A stretch of DNA of 64,000 bases from an uncultured delta proteobacterium (lineage in GTDB: Bacteria; Desulfobacterota; Desulfomonilia; Desulfomonilales; Desulfomonilaceae). The notes under the pieces are model-generated. The model was not told the origin of the DNA. It saw only the letters and a program-made list of their open reading frames with translations, and did not search any database. This document shows, in pieces, positions 1 through 10,221 of the stretch. The DNA lies in the NCBI GenBank assembly GCA_963789265.1, contig CAWBKB010000003.1:736001-800000 (forward strand), in the 5' to 3' direction. Position 1 is the first letter of the stretch, and every line of letters starts with the position of its first letter. The translations under genes were made by a program, and so were the position numbers.

Positions 1-2644
1 TAACCGTCTGTGGGATATCCTTGGGACCTTGGAACATGCCGGCCGCAAAGATGCCGGGTCTGCTTGTTTGAATCGGCTCGAAAGTGGTGGTGGAACAGAA
101 CTCCGACTCATTCAGATCAACGCCTATCTTCCGGGCAAGCTCTCTGGACTCTTCCGATGTTTTGAGCCCCACGGCCAGGACCACCATGTCGAATGTCTCT
201 GTTGTAAGCTTCTGGTTTTCGTCCAAGTAAGTGATGTTGAGATTATGGGTTAGCGGATCTTCCACCACTCGGCTAATCATGGAACGGATGAAGCGAACCG
301 CGCCCCCATTCTTTGCGCGTTCGTAATAAGCGTCGAAATCCTTTCCATAAGCCCGGATATCCATATAGAAAATCGTCGGCTCTATATTTGAATCATGTTC
401 CTTGGCTATCACGGCCTCTTTGATGGAAGCCATGCAGCAAATGGAGCTGCAGTGGGGCATTCCTCTCTGGGGGTCTCGTGAGCCAACGCACTGGATCCAT
501 GCGATCTTCCTGGGGTGGCTACCATCGGATGGACGTTTGACTTCACCCGCGTTCGGGCCCGAAGCGCTCAGCATGCGCTCGAATTCCATGTTGGTAAGGA
601 CATTGAGGGCAGTGCCGTACGAAAACTCTCCACGGATCTTGTCAGGTTCGATCATCTCGTACCCCGGTGAGAGGATGATCGTCCCAACTTCCACATCGAG
701 GAATTCGTCCTGCATTGTATGGTCTATCGCCTGAGCGGGACAGGCTTTGACGCATTCCATACATTCGGAACAAACCCCGCAGTTTAGACATCTATTGGCT
801 TCCCGCAGAGCTTCGTTTTCAGAGAACGCAAGCTCCACCTCTCGAAAGCTCTTGCGTTCGGACATATCAAGTTCGGGGTTTTTGGCTCGTGCTTCACCCC
901 GCATTTCCGGGATCGGAGGATATTGTCGATGCTCGGGCATCTTAACGGGTCTGCCCACGGCCATATCAGCCCCTTTTAGATACCGCGAGATAGATTCGGC
1001 CGCTTCTCTGCCTGCGGCAACCGCTTCAACTACCGTGGCCGGACCTGTTCCTGCGTCACCGCCCGAGAATACGCCGGCGATGGAGGTGGCGTACGTGACC
1101 GGATCCACTTGTATTGTGTTCCAGCGACTTCTCTCCAGACCTGAGATGCCGTCCCAGATCTGGGGGTCTATGATCTGGCCTATCGCGGGAACTATCGTAT
1201 CAGCCTCCACGACAAATTCTGAGCCGGCAATGGGAATCGGTCTCCTTCGGCCTGACTGGTCGGCAGGGCCGAGTTCCATTTTGATGCACTTAAGTGCGGC
1301 AGCCTTGCCGTTGCCCATAACTTCTACCGGCGCGGCCAGGAATTGGATTTTGGCACCTTCGTCAACAGCCGCGGTCACTTCGTCTTCAAACGCGGGCATC
1401 TCATCTCTTGACCGCCGGTAAAGAATTGTGACATCGGCACCCAACCGGATCAGCGTGCGCGTGGCGTCAATGGCAACGTTACCGCCGCCTATCACAACGG
1501 CTTTCTTGATGCCGTTCACCGGTTTGCCCAGGGCCGCCTGCCGCAGCAAATCGACTCCCTGAATTACTCCGTCCGTATCTTCGCCCGGGATTGCCAATTT
1601 GGCGCCGTTCTGGCAACCCACCGCCAGATACGTTGCTTTGTAGCCTTCGCGCTCGATATCCTGCAAAGTGACATCCATGCCGACTACCGTGTTAGTCCTG
1701 GCTTCCACCCCAAGGTTAAGTATGTGCTGTATCTCTTGCTCGAGCACGTTTCTGGGCAGCCTGTATTCCGGAATTCCGACGCGAAGCCAGCCGCCCAGCA
1801 CGGGGCCTGCTTCGAAGATAGTGACCCTGTATCCTTCCAAGGCCAGATAATAGGCCGCGGACAGACCTGCGGGTCCGGAACCTATGACTGCTACCTTTTC
1901 TTCCCGGGGTGTTATTTCAGGGACGCTCAGAGTCGAATAGTCCACTTGATCTGCTGCGAAGCGTTTTAATTTGCAGATGGAAACCGGTTGGTCTTTTTCT
2001 CCTCTGCGACATGCTTTTTCACAAGGATGGGGGCAGACGCGACCCAATACGCCTGGGAGGGGCAGACTTCTATATATTAGCTCGACAGCTTCTTTGTATT
2101 TGCCCTGGCTAATGAGCGCGACGTAACCTTGGACGTTGATATGGGCCGGACATGCTACTACACAGGGAGCGCGGTCATATTTTTCAATTACGAAGGTCTG
2201 GGGAATCGTCTGAGGGAAGAGCCTATACGTTGCGGCTCGGTTGCTCAATTTTTGATCGAATTCGTTCGGTACATGAACCGGGCAGGCCGTGGCGCAATCT
2301 CCGCAAGCCTTACACCTGTCCTTTATGATATGGCGGGACTTTTGTCGGATTTTGACTTGAAAACGCCCCTCTTCACCTTGGATGTCGTCCACTTCACTAT
2401 AGGATAGAAGCTCAATGTTCGGATTCTGTCCGACCGTGACCAATTTGGGGGAAAATATACAAGTGGAGCAGTCGTTGGTGGGGAAGGTCTTGTCCAACTG
2501 TGCCATTCGCCCCCCGATGCCGGTCTGCTTTTCAACGAGGTAAACCTTGTAACCTGATTCCGCCAAATCCAACGAAGCCTGGACTCCGGCTATTCCGCCT
2601 CCTACGACAAGAGCCGCGCCCACTACGTCCTTTGGTTGGGCCAT
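1..2644 (-). CDS. HdrA-like FAD/Fe-S oxidoreductase with an internal GltD/pyridine-nucleotide oxidoreductase-like module; 3' end runs off the window
   Basis: Manual translation from ATG at 2644 (GGAAGG RBS): MAQPKDVVGAALVVGGGIAGVQASLDLA...IGGRMAQLDKTFPTNDCSTCIFSPKL, CxxCxxCxxxCP, HCSSICCM, and GPKDIPQTV at the window edge. Absent from the ORF track because there is no stop codon in the window. Confidence 0.88.
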   Translation of the reverse strand, partial: MAQPKDVVGAALVVGGGIAGVQASLDLAESGYKVYLVEKQTGIGGRMAQLDKTFPTNDCSTCIFSPKLVTVGQNPNIELLSYSEVDDIQGEEGRFQVKIRQKSRHIIKDRCKACGDCATACPVHVPNEFDQKLSNRAATYRLFPQTIPQTFVIEKYDRAPCVVACPAHINVQGYVALISQGKYKEAVELIYRSLPLPGVLGRVCPHPCEKACRRGEKDQPVSICKLKRFAADQVDYSTLSVPEITPREEKVAVIGSGPAGLSAAYYLALEGYRVTIFEAGPVLGGWLRVGIPEYRLPRNVLEQEIQHILNLGVEARTNTVVGMDVTLQDIEREGYKATYLAVGCQNGAKLAIPGEDTDGVIQGVDLLRQAALGKPVNGIKKAVVIGGGNVAIDATRTLIRLGADVTILYRRSRDEMPAFEDEVTAAVDEGAKIQFLAAPVEVMGNGKAAALKCIKMELGPADQSGRRRPIPIAGSEFVVEADTIVPAIGQIIDPQIWDGISGLERSRWNTIQVDPVTYATSIAGVFSGGDAGTGPATVVEAVAAGREAAESISRYLKGADMAVGRPVKMPEHRQYPPIPEMRGEARAKNPELDMSERKSFREVELAFSENEALREANRCLNCGVCSECMECVKACPAQAIDHTMQDEFLDVEVGTIILSPGYEMIEPDKIRGEFSYGTALNVLTNMEFERMLSASGPNAGEVKRPSDGSHPRKIAWIQCVGSRDPQRGMPHCSSICCMASIKEAVIAKEHDSNIEPTIFYMDIRAYGKDFDAYYERAKNGGAVRFIRSMISRVVEDPLTHNLNITYLDENQKLTTETFDMVVLAVGLKTSEESRELARKIGVDLNESEFCSTTTFEPIQTSRPGIFAAGMFQGPKDIPQTV

Positions 2645-3140
2645 AGTATCTACACCTTCCGCCAGTTTTCTGGTGATTTTATGATTGCGATGGAGTTACT
2701 TCAATTTACCAGTGCAGACAGTGACTGTCAACCTATTCACGTTGCCGGGAGAATTGTGTCGGCCATCGAAATCATGATTATAGGACGAGCATCGAGTTGC
2801 GCGCCGGTCGTTTGAAAACTCCGGACGATTTGAAACAATTTTCTGTACAAATATTCCTGTGGATCCGGGTATGTTTATTCATTTTATAGTCCAACCGATC
2901 AAGGGAAGCGGGGCCACGTGTTTATGGAGAAAAGTTGTCCGAAACGGGACGCGGGGGACAATTTTTGATATTATCATCCAGCGGATTTCGATAAGCGCGA
3001 CCGACCCATGGAATTGCAAGCATTCACTTACGCGGGGGATCTTTCCTCCTTATCATTGCAAGGAGTAATACCGATGCGCCATCAAGCAAGTGACAATCCT
3101 AAAACAGGATGTGGTGGGGCAGGCATAGTGCCTGCCATTC

Positions 3141-3197
3141 GTCACCCCGGACTCCGATCCGGGGTCCAGTCTGGATGCCCGCGTACGCGAGCATGAC
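3141..3197. repeat. REP-like palindromic element
   Basis: GTCACCCCGGACTCCGATCCGGGGTCCAG...CTGGATGCCCGCGTACGCGAGCATGAC; related segments occur at 6765-6846 and about 13461-13555. Confidence 0.7.
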
Positions 3198-3395
3198 GAC
3201 AGGCAATCCTGCCACAGGCAGGACCGTCCCACCAAAACCACGGTGTCACTTGCTTGAAAGTGAATTCCCATAAAAGTCTTTTCCCGTTCGTAAGTGAATG
3301 CTTGCGTGGATTTACCCACAAAACTCTGCCGCCGGCCAGGTGGAATTGAGAACAAATTTTTGGCAAACAGAGGGTCAGGAGGAAAGGATAAAGAC

Positions 3396-4469
3396 ATGCT
3401 CTATGCGGTAATTATGGCAGGTGGGAGTGGTACCCGCTTCTGGCCGCAGAGCCGGAAAAGTAGACCGAAGCAATTGTTAAAAATCAGCGGCGACAAAAGC
3501 ATGATAAGGGCAACTGTCGAAAGGGTTCTACCGGATATCTCATTTGAGCACATTATGGTGGTTACCGGTGAGGCCCACGTGGAGGAAATCAAATCGGAAA
3601 TTCCGGAATTGGACGAGAAGATGATTGTGGCTGAGCCACAGGGGCGCAATACTGCTCCCTGCATTGCGCTGGCCGCGTATAAAATTGCCGGAGAAGACCC
3701 GGATGCTGTGATGGTCGTCCTCCCGGCCGACCATCTGATAGGCAAAGAAGATGAATTTAGGAAAGCCATACGCGCCGGCGCGGAAGCTGCCTCTACCGGA
3801 GACTTCCTGATTACCTTCGGAGTCGTCCCCGATCGTCCGGAGACCGGGTACGGGTATATAGAACTCGGACCCGAGGCTCAGAAGGTGGCGCACACGAGCG
3901 TATTTCAGGTGCAGGCCTTTGTGGAGAAACCCGACAGGGCCACAGCAGAAAAGTATTTGACTACGGGTAAGTACTTGTGGAACAGCGGCATGTTCGTCTG
4001 GAAGATTTCTGCAATTATGGAAGCCTTCGAAAAGTACGCTCCGTCCGTCAACCATAGCATTAAAGCCATTGCATCGCATTTGAACACCCCCCGTGAACCG
4101 GAGGCCATTAGAGAAGCCTACGCGTCCGTGAAAAGCATTTCCATTGATCACGCAATAATGGAGAAGGCCGCAAATGTATTGGTCCTTCCCATTGATGTTG
4201 AATGGAACGATGTGGGCAGTTGGGCATCCCTACATGATGTCTGGGTGAAGGACGGCAATAAGAATGCTGTCAGCGGGGCCTTCTTAGGACTTGACGCGAC
4301 AGGCTGCGTAGTGTGCTCGCCCCACAAGCTCACCACTCTTATAGGCGTTGATGACCTCATTGTTGTGGACACCCCTGACGCTATCCTGGTGTGCCGAAAA
4401 GACAGGGCGCAGGATGTCAGAGAACTGCAGGAAACGTTGAAAAGGCTAGGTTACGAGAAGCTTCTCTGA
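3396..4469 (+). CDS. manC: Mannose-1-phosphate guanylyltransferase
   Basis: Motifs VIMAGGSGTRFWPQSR, EPQGRNTAP, PETGYGYI, FVEKP, WNSGMF, WNDVGSW; ATG at 3396 after a purine-rich RBS. Confidence 0.92.
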   Translation: MLYAVIMAGGSGTRFWPQSRKSRPKQLLKISGDKSMIRATVERVLPDISFEHIMVVTGEAHVEEIKSEIPELDEKMIVAEPQGRNTAPCIALAAYKIAGEDPDAVMVVLPADHLIGKEDEFRKAIRAGAEAASTGDFLITFGVVPDRPETGYGYIELGPEAQKVAHTSVFQVQAFVEKPDRATAEKYLTTGKYLWNSGMFVWKISAIMEAFEKYAPSVNHSIKAIASHLNTPREPEAIREAYASVKSISIDHAIMEKAANVLVLPIDVEWNDVGSWASLHDVWVKDGNKNAVSGAFLGLDATGCVVCSPHKLTTLIGVDDLIVVDTPDAILVCRKDRAQDVRELQETLKRLGYEKLL

Positions 4470-4479
4470 TGGGATCATT

Positions 4480-4950
4480 GTGAGAAAACCGGTCGGGCTG
4501 GTCCTAGCATTTTTTCTGCTCGTCCCCGTCCCCTGCTTTCCCTGGTTGGGGAAAGTGGTCGGAGTCTCCGATGGTGATACCATCAGGGTCATGCACCGGG
4601 GCAGAGCGAACAAGATTCGGCTATTCGGCATTGACTGTCCCGAGCTCGGTCAAGCTTTCGGCCGCAAGGCACGCCGCTTCACTGCTAGGATGGTCTTCGG
4701 AAAGATCGTTGAAGTCAGGAAAGTCGATGAAGACAGCTACGGCCGAACAGTGGCTTGGGTCTCGGTAGATGGAAAATCGCTCAACAAGGAGCTTCTGCGA
4801 GCGGGATTGGCCTGGTGGTACAAGTATTACGCGCAAGACGAGCGCGAATTGCAGAGGTTGGAGGCTGAAGCCAGAAGGAGCAAAATCGACCTATGGTCTG
4901 TGCCAAATCCGGTCCCGCCCTGGGAATTTCGAAGATTGGAGCGGCCCTGA
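4480..4950 (+). CDS. Thermonuclease (staphylococcal nuclease-like), probably exported
   Basis: DGDT, IRLFGIDCPE, DSYGRTVA, NKELLRAGLAW motifs; hydrophobic N-terminus. Confidence 0.9.
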   Translation: MRKPVGLVLAFFLLVPVPCFPWLGKVVGVSDGDTIRVMHRGRANKIRLFGIDCPELGQAFGRKARRFTARMVFGKIVEVRKVDEDSYGRTVAWVSVDGKSLNKELLRAGLAWWYKYYAQDERELQRLEAEARRSKIDLWSVPNPVPPWEFRRLERP

Positions 4951-5049
4951 TTCGATTCGCGCACGAAAATCCTTTACAGTGGCGTAAAAGATTTCGTATT
5001 TCATTTCCTCCACCCTTTCGCATTTAAGTTTTTTCTACGATCATCACGA

Positions 5050-6678
5050 ATGAAAGAACAGGACCAGACTTACAAATGGATCGGCCTGGGTGACATCAAC
5101 GGTTTTTTCGGCCTGATGTTCGACAACATGGCTGTTCTTTCGTTTCTCGCCGGCACCCTCATTATAGGCTTCAATTTCCCGCCGGAGATTGTCTACACGC
5201 GTATGTTTCCCGGAACCGCCTTGGGAGTCTTCTTTGGCGATCTGGTTTACACATGGATGGCAGTGAGGCTGGCCAAGAAGACCGGAAGCCGCGAAGTCAC
5301 CGCCATGCCGCTGGGTCTTGATACACCGTCAACCATCGGGCTTGCCGTGGCCGTCCTGGGACCTGCCTTCGTTGCTCTCAAGCAGGGAGGTCAGACCGTG
5401 GAAAACGCGGCACTTATGACGTGGTGCATCGGCATGGCCACGATGGTGATGATAGGGATTCTCAAGGTCGCCATGTCCTTCTGCGGCCCCTGGTGCCAGA
5501 AGGTAGTCCCCAGGGCCGGATTGCTGGGGTCCCTGGCCGGTGTGGGACTCATGCTCATCGGCTTTATTCCGCTAGTGGACATCTTCAGTTTGCCCATAGT
5601 AGGGATGCTCTCGCTCGGCCTTATCCTTTACACATTGGTAGCAAGGCTCCAACTGCCCAAAAACATTCCCGGCATCTTGGCAGCGGTAATCCTGGGAACG
5701 GTCCTTTACCATCTGTTCCACGGCTTGGGATTAGGCGGTCTCTCCACCGAAACATACACCGCTCCTGTTTGGCGGCTTCATTACGGCCTGCCCGTACCAA
5801 CCCTGGATTTTGTAAAAGGGATAGTCCCTGCGCTCAAGTACCTGCCAATTGCAATTCCGTTTGCCATCTTGACCGTGGTAGGCGGGATCAACGTGACCGA
5901 GAGCGCTCGCGTGGCTGGTGACGACTACAATGCTCGCGAGATTCTGCTGACCGAGGCGTGGGCTACACTTTTGGCCGGTGTCTGCGGGGGTGTTGCCCAG
6001 TCGTGCCCGTATATCGGCCACCCCGCGTACAAGCGTATGGGCTCTCGTGCCGGGTACACTCTGCTCACAGGCGTTTTTATCGGCCTGGGAGGAATATTGG
6101 GTTACGTTTCATTCATCGTGGAGTTGATACCAAGGGCCGTATTGGCACCCATCCTGGTCTTTGTTGGCCTGGAAATCGTCACCCAGGCGTTTGTTCATTC
6201 CCCTGCCCGCCACGTTCCCGCAGTGGTTCTAGCCATGTTTCCGACCGTGGCTCGCCTCGTAGCCATCCAGCTTGAAAGACCCGAAATCGTACCGGCTGCT
6301 AATCTGCAGCATCTCATAGCCCAAGCAGGCAGTACTCTCCCGGAAGCCCTGGTGACAATAGCTATCGGCAATGGCTTCATTCTCACCGGGATGCTCTGGG
6401 GAGCCCTTCTTGCAGAAATGATCAATCGACGACTAAGGATCTGTTCGGTCTATCTGGCGATTCTCGCGGTCTTAACCTTTTTTGGTCTTGTACACTCCGC
6501 ATTGCCCGACGCGGGCGTGTACCTCCCCTGGTTATTAGCGGGCCCGACGAAGCAGATCCCCTACCAGTTCGGACTATCGTATCTTGTGCTGGCTGCCCTG
6601 ACATTTATTCTATCCTATACGAGAGGAAGTAAAGAGCAGCCCCTTTCCGACCCGGTGTCAGTAATCGAGGATGCATGA
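5050..6678 (+). CDS. Nucleobase/NCS2-like membrane permease
   Basis: Many TM segments; GDINGFFGLMFDN, TAMPLGLDTPS, ESARVAGDDY, YIGHPAYKRMG. Confidence 0.75.
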   Translation: MKEQDQTYKWIGLGDINGFFGLMFDNMAVLSFLAGTLIIGFNFPPEIVYTRMFPGTALGVFFGDLVYTWMAVRLAKKTGSREVTAMPLGLDTPSTIGLAVAVLGPAFVALKQGGQTVENAALMTWCIGMATMVMIGILKVAMSFCGPWCQKVVPRAGLLGSLAGVGLMLIGFIPLVDIFSLPIVGMLSLGLILYTLVARLQLPKNIPGILAAVILGTVLYHLFHGLGLGGLSTETYTAPVWRLHYGLPVPTLDFVKGIVPALKYLPIAIPFAILTVVGGINVTESARVAGDDYNAREILLTEAWATLLAGVCGGVAQSCPYIGHPAYKRMGSRAGYTLLTGVFIGLGGILGYVSFIVELIPRAVLAPILVFVGLEIVTQAFVHSPARHVPAVVLAMFPTVARLVAIQLERPEIVPAANLQHLIAQAGSTLPEALVTIAIGNGFILTGMLWGALLAEMINRRLRICSVYLAILAVLTFFGLVHSALPDAGVYLPWLLAGPTKQIPYQFGLSYLVLAALTFILSYTRGSKEQPLSDPVSVIEDA

Positions 6679-6683
6679 AGCAT

Positions 6684-6965
6684 TTAGAGCGGTTACCTCA
6701 ATTAATGTCCATTTGGTTATCCGATGCACAGAATTTTGAGGGGACAGCAGGATATTTTTTGCCATCATTCCCGAGTACGCGAATTGGCGGAGGCCTGAAT
6801 CCAGTCTTTTCAATATGTTCTGGACCCCGGCCTTCGCCGGGGTGACGGGTGGTGAACAGGTCATTACTTTTGGCAATGAGTATAAGTTCCTGAAATAAGA
6901 GCAGCAAAAACTCTCGTGGTCACTTGCACATAAAAGGCATTTGTCGGATATGAATACCGCTCTAA
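6684..6965. mobile_element. MITE-like element enclosing a REP-like palindrome
   Basis: Terminal inverted repeats TTAGAGCGGT (6684) and ACCGCTCTAA (6956-6965); internal CTGGACCCCGGCCTTCGCCGGGGTGAC. Confidence 0.55.
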
Positions 6966-7003
6966 CTTCGTGCAGCGATTCTTAAATACGGTGCCACTTG
7001 CAA

Positions 7004-7061
7004 AGGACCGGCCTCCGTGCCGGTCTTTGCTGTGAGTGACCGGCACGGAGGCCGGTCCTAC
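7004..7061. repeat. GTAG-type REP-like perfect 22-bp inverted repeat; may act as terminator or stabiliser between convergent genes
   Basis: AGGACCGGCCTCCGTGCCGGTC (7004-7025) and GACCGGCACGGAGGCCGGTCCT (7038-7059) followed by AC; the same arm recurs at 13506-13528. Confidence 0.75.
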
Positions 7062-7144
7062 CGAGTGCGCGTCAGACCTCGGGCACAGTTCACAGCAAGA
7101 TACGTGACCGTATTTATGAAAACCTGTACTTAGGAAACACATCA

Positions 7145-8596
7145 CTAGGAGTGACGCGCCCTCCGCTCGCCACCCTCGTTTTCCTCGTTTCGGACCAGGC
7201 TGAACACTTGGACCGGCTCGCTCACGTTCTTAAAATGCATCGATCCCCTGGGGAACAGACTAGCATCTCCACTCACTCGGGAAGCTGTCTCCGGGCCAAC
7301 AAGAATATCCCCATGTTTAGCGGCAGAAGCTATCCGTGCCGCAAGATTGGTCACGGGTCCGGTGGCCGTAAAGGTCATTCTGGTGCCTGAAGTGCCCTTG
7401 AAACGACTCATTCCGACGGCACACAAACCGGAGTTGATGCCCATGTTTACTTCCACCGGCTGGAATCGATTCTTCAATTCTTCGTTGATCTCCAGCGTCT
7501 TGCCTCTAATCTCCAGAGCGGCCTTAACAGCGCTGGACGCAGTTTTCAAGGGCTCGCCCTGAAATATGACCATCAGCCCGTCACCGGCCGTCTCGTTTAT
7601 ATCTCCCCCGTGATGGTAGATGACATCCAGGAAACTAGAGAAATACTTCTCAATGATGAAAGTCACTTTATCTCTGCCCTGCGTCTCGCTTATGCTGGTG
7701 TACCCCGCAACGTCGAGAAACAGGACTGTGACATCTACATCCTTCTTTTCCAGGTCAGGGGCTTCCGGGTTTTTTTCGACAATCTTTTGTACGGTGGAAG
7801 GAACAAACGGCCGCAAATGGTCGAGAATCCTGTCCACGGTCAACTTTTCCTGGGACATCTTCCAGTGGCTGCGGGCGTTCTTGATTACGTTGTTAGCTAG
7901 TTGAACCAGGTCCTGCAACAGCGTGAAATCCATCTCGCCTAAGCCGGCACCCGGCCTTGCGATTGCATCCAGCACGGCCAGTAGTTGATCCCCTTCATAA
8001 ATCGGAAACACGATTTCTGAGCATCCCTCCGTAGGAAAGCCATCCCCCGGTAAACGGCTCCTCCGGTTGCCGGGGAAAAAACACATGGCCGAAGAAGTCT
8101 GACCAAGCGCACTATTTACCGTTCCTCTGCCTCTTTTGCAGAGCTGGCAATTGATCCTCTCTCTCTCCACGGCACAATGAAGAGGGCGTGTGTAATACTG
8201 GGCTTCCGTGTCCACTACCAAAAGGCAAACTTCCTGCAATTGGGATAAGGTTGCTCTCGCCTCGTCTCGAATCATTTCCAGGACTTCACCAATGTCCAAT
8301 GACGATGTAAGTTTCTGGGCCACGCGAAAAACATTTTCAAAGCGCTCTTTGTAAATATTCCTTCCCCGGCCAAGTCGCCGTAGCACGTGCGCACCCATTC
8401 TGAATCTTTCCTGGTCATAGGTCGATTTAGGTGCTGAGTCTTGCGGTTCAAAGGCTTCCTTGCGACACCCACAAACGGGGCAGCCCCAGGAATCCGGCAG
8501 CTCCTCGAAGACCAATCCTCGACTGATTTTGTTTTCAGGGTTGTTCCGGGCAGGATCATAAATCCAGCCGCAGGTGCAACATTTCCACTTCGTCAT
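7145..8596 (-). CDS. Rubredoxin domain + GAF-like domain + class III adenylate/guanylate cyclase
   Basis: N-terminal KWKCCTCGWIYDP...FEELPDSWGCPVCG; cyclase motifs LFLDVAGYT, ETAGDGLM, NLAARI. Confidence 0.85.
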   Translation of the reverse strand: MTKWKCCTCGWIYDPARNNPENKISRGLVFEELPDSWGCPVCGCRKEAFEPQDSAPKSTYDQERFRMGAHVLRRLGRGRNIYKERFENVFRVAQKLTSSLDIGEVLEMIRDEARATLSQLQEVCLLVVDTEAQYYTRPLHCAVERERINCQLCKRGRGTVNSALGQTSSAMCFFPGNRRSRLPGDGFPTEGCSEIVFPIYEGDQLLAVLDAIARPGAGLGEMDFTLLQDLVQLANNVIKNARSHWKMSQEKLTVDRILDHLRPFVPSTVQKIVEKNPEAPDLEKKDVDVTVLFLDVAGYTSISETQGRDKVTFIIEKYFSSFLDVIYHHGGDINETAGDGLMVIFQGEPLKTASSAVKAALEIRGKTLEINEELKNRFQPVEVNMGINSGLCAVGMSRFKGTSGTRMTFTATGPVTNLAARIASAAKHGDILVGPETASRVSGDASLFPRGSMHFKNVSEPVQVFSLVRNEENEGGERRARHS

Positions 8597-8711
8597 ATCC
8601 GTTCTCCCAAGAATCTATGCCAAGCCGAGTGAGACAAGGATCAGTATATAGGTTCAGCCCTGAGACTGAAAGGACCAGCTTGCTCGAAGCAGATACCGAA
8701 GGCGTGGACGG

Positions 8712-8932
8712 AGATACTGTCTCAAAATCAAGGCATGAGCGAAATTCGTGGCACGATAGACTGTTGCTCCGGCAAACCCGCTTTCCGCGCGGGACCGGGC
8801 TACTATCCCTCGTCCCTCAGGGACCCTTGCCTTTGAGCCCCATTGGGGCGATAGAAAGTGGCCCGGTGCTTCAGCATCGGGCTGCCACCGCGGCGCGATT
8901 CCGGGCATCAAAGTAGTTTTGACACAGTTTCT
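8712..8932. mobile_element. MITE-like element (AGANACTGTNTCA TIR family)
   Basis: AGATACTGTCTCAAAA ... TTTTGACACAGTTTCT; related to 12036-12230 and shares TTCGTGGCACGAT with it. Confidence 0.55.
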
Positions 8933-9425
8933 ATAATCTTGTCACCACATTAGAACCGGATAAAAGGCCCGATGATTTGCACCGCACTCCAAGTTAAATG
9001 CCCCCCGGCAAAACCGGGGGTTTACCATCGTTTTGGTTAGTTTTGACAATATTTGACCACACTTCGCTCCCGGCCGCGAGGTCAACGTAAATCCAGGCAG
9101 ATCTTCCACTTATAAGTTGTCTTATGAGCCAATGATGTGCTCGGCACGTCCGGAGCAGGTTTGAGGCTTCGAGCAAGGGCCGTTTGATGAAGGCATGAAA
9201 CAAATGACACGCCAAACTTGACCCAAAGCTGCAAGGCGGGCATTTCTTTGACAGAGAAATTTCGTTGCAATAGAATGGGGTTCGAAGGGGTTGGGAAATC
9301 CCGAAATGAAGCAGCTTGCAGCCCATACGGAACTGTTTTCGATCCCCGACATCGCCATGATGGTCTTCAATAAGATTAGGATATCCGAGCTCAATTAGGA
9401 ATTCGAGAGGAAAGTAAAGCCTGTA

Positions 9426-10052
9426 ATGGAAATCGTTCTGCATTGGATAGTAACCTATGGATACCTGGCGCTTTTCTGCCTGTTAATGCTAGGCATAGTC
9501 GGAGCCCCATTTCCCGAAGATTTGATACTCGCATTTGCAGGTTATCTTGTATCCGCAGGCTATCTAGAGCCGGGTCGCACTGTGGCATCGGCTTTTCTGG
9601 GGAGTCTTTGCGGCATCAGTGTGAGTTATGGGCTGGGCCGCACAGTCGGTTTTCCACTTATCGAAAAATACGGCCATTTCGTTTGTATCACCGCCAAAAG
9701 ATTGAGCCTCGTTAAGAACTGGTACGAACGCTTCGGCAAGTGGGGGCTACTTTTCGGGTACTTCATCGGCGGTGTGCGACATTTGACCGCGTTTTTTGCC
9801 GGTATGACGAAGCTTCGACTGCGGGTATTTGCAGTGTTCGCTTACACCGGGGCATTCCTTTGGTCTATCACTCTTATTTCGATAGGGTACATCCTCGGCG
9901 ACCGTTGGGCTGCCGTGTCACATCATCACGGTTTGCAAACGTGCATTGTGGCAGCCGTCTGCATCGTGCTGGCCACAAGCGGGTGGTTGGCACACAGACG
10001 ATTCAGGTTGCTATCACCTGTGTCTGCAAAGCTTTCAGCAAAGCGCGAGTAA
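9426..10052 (+). CDS. DedA family membrane protein
   Basis: GIVGAPFPEDLILAFAGYL, SYGLGR, FIGGVRHLTAFFAG. Confidence 0.9.
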   Translation: MEIVLHWIVTYGYLALFCLLMLGIVGAPFPEDLILAFAGYLVSAGYLEPGRTVASAFLGSLCGISVSYGLGRTVGFPLIEKYGHFVCITAKRLSLVKNWYERFGKWGLLFGYFIGGVRHLTAFFAGMTKLRLRVFAVFAYTGAFLWSITLISIGYILGDRWAAVSHHHGLQTCIVAAVCIVLATSGWLAHRRFRLLSPVSAKLSAKRE

Positions 10053-10221
10053 GTAACCATCCAGTTTCGCGGGGAATTGTCGGTTCCCGGTTATAGCGAG
10101 GAGAGGAATCCCGCGTCCTGCGGAAAAGCTATCTTTTCTTCCTGGTTGGAAGATTGCCGCGGGCTTACACCCTGGCAGTGACAGCAGTATTATTGGCCAA
10201 GTGAATGGTTCCCATGGATCT

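Noticed and set aside
29..2535. Plus-strand and short minus-strand ORFs in the first 2.6 kb
   Set aside because: They are shadows of the minus-strand HdrA-like gene.
1..2644. Possible selenocysteine recoding in the HdrA-like gene
   Set aside because: The motifs I translated use Cys codons (NDCSTC, CSSICC), and there is no sign of an in-frame TGA in the visible part.
8995..9030. Hairpin CCCCCGGCAAAACCGGGGG resembling an IS200/IS605-type end
   Set aside because: No tnpA/tnpB remnant or second end is recognisable; it may just be a terminator-like hairpin.
8994..9443. Overlapping short ORFs upstream of dedA
   Set aside because: No RBS or recognisable motif; treated as intergenic.
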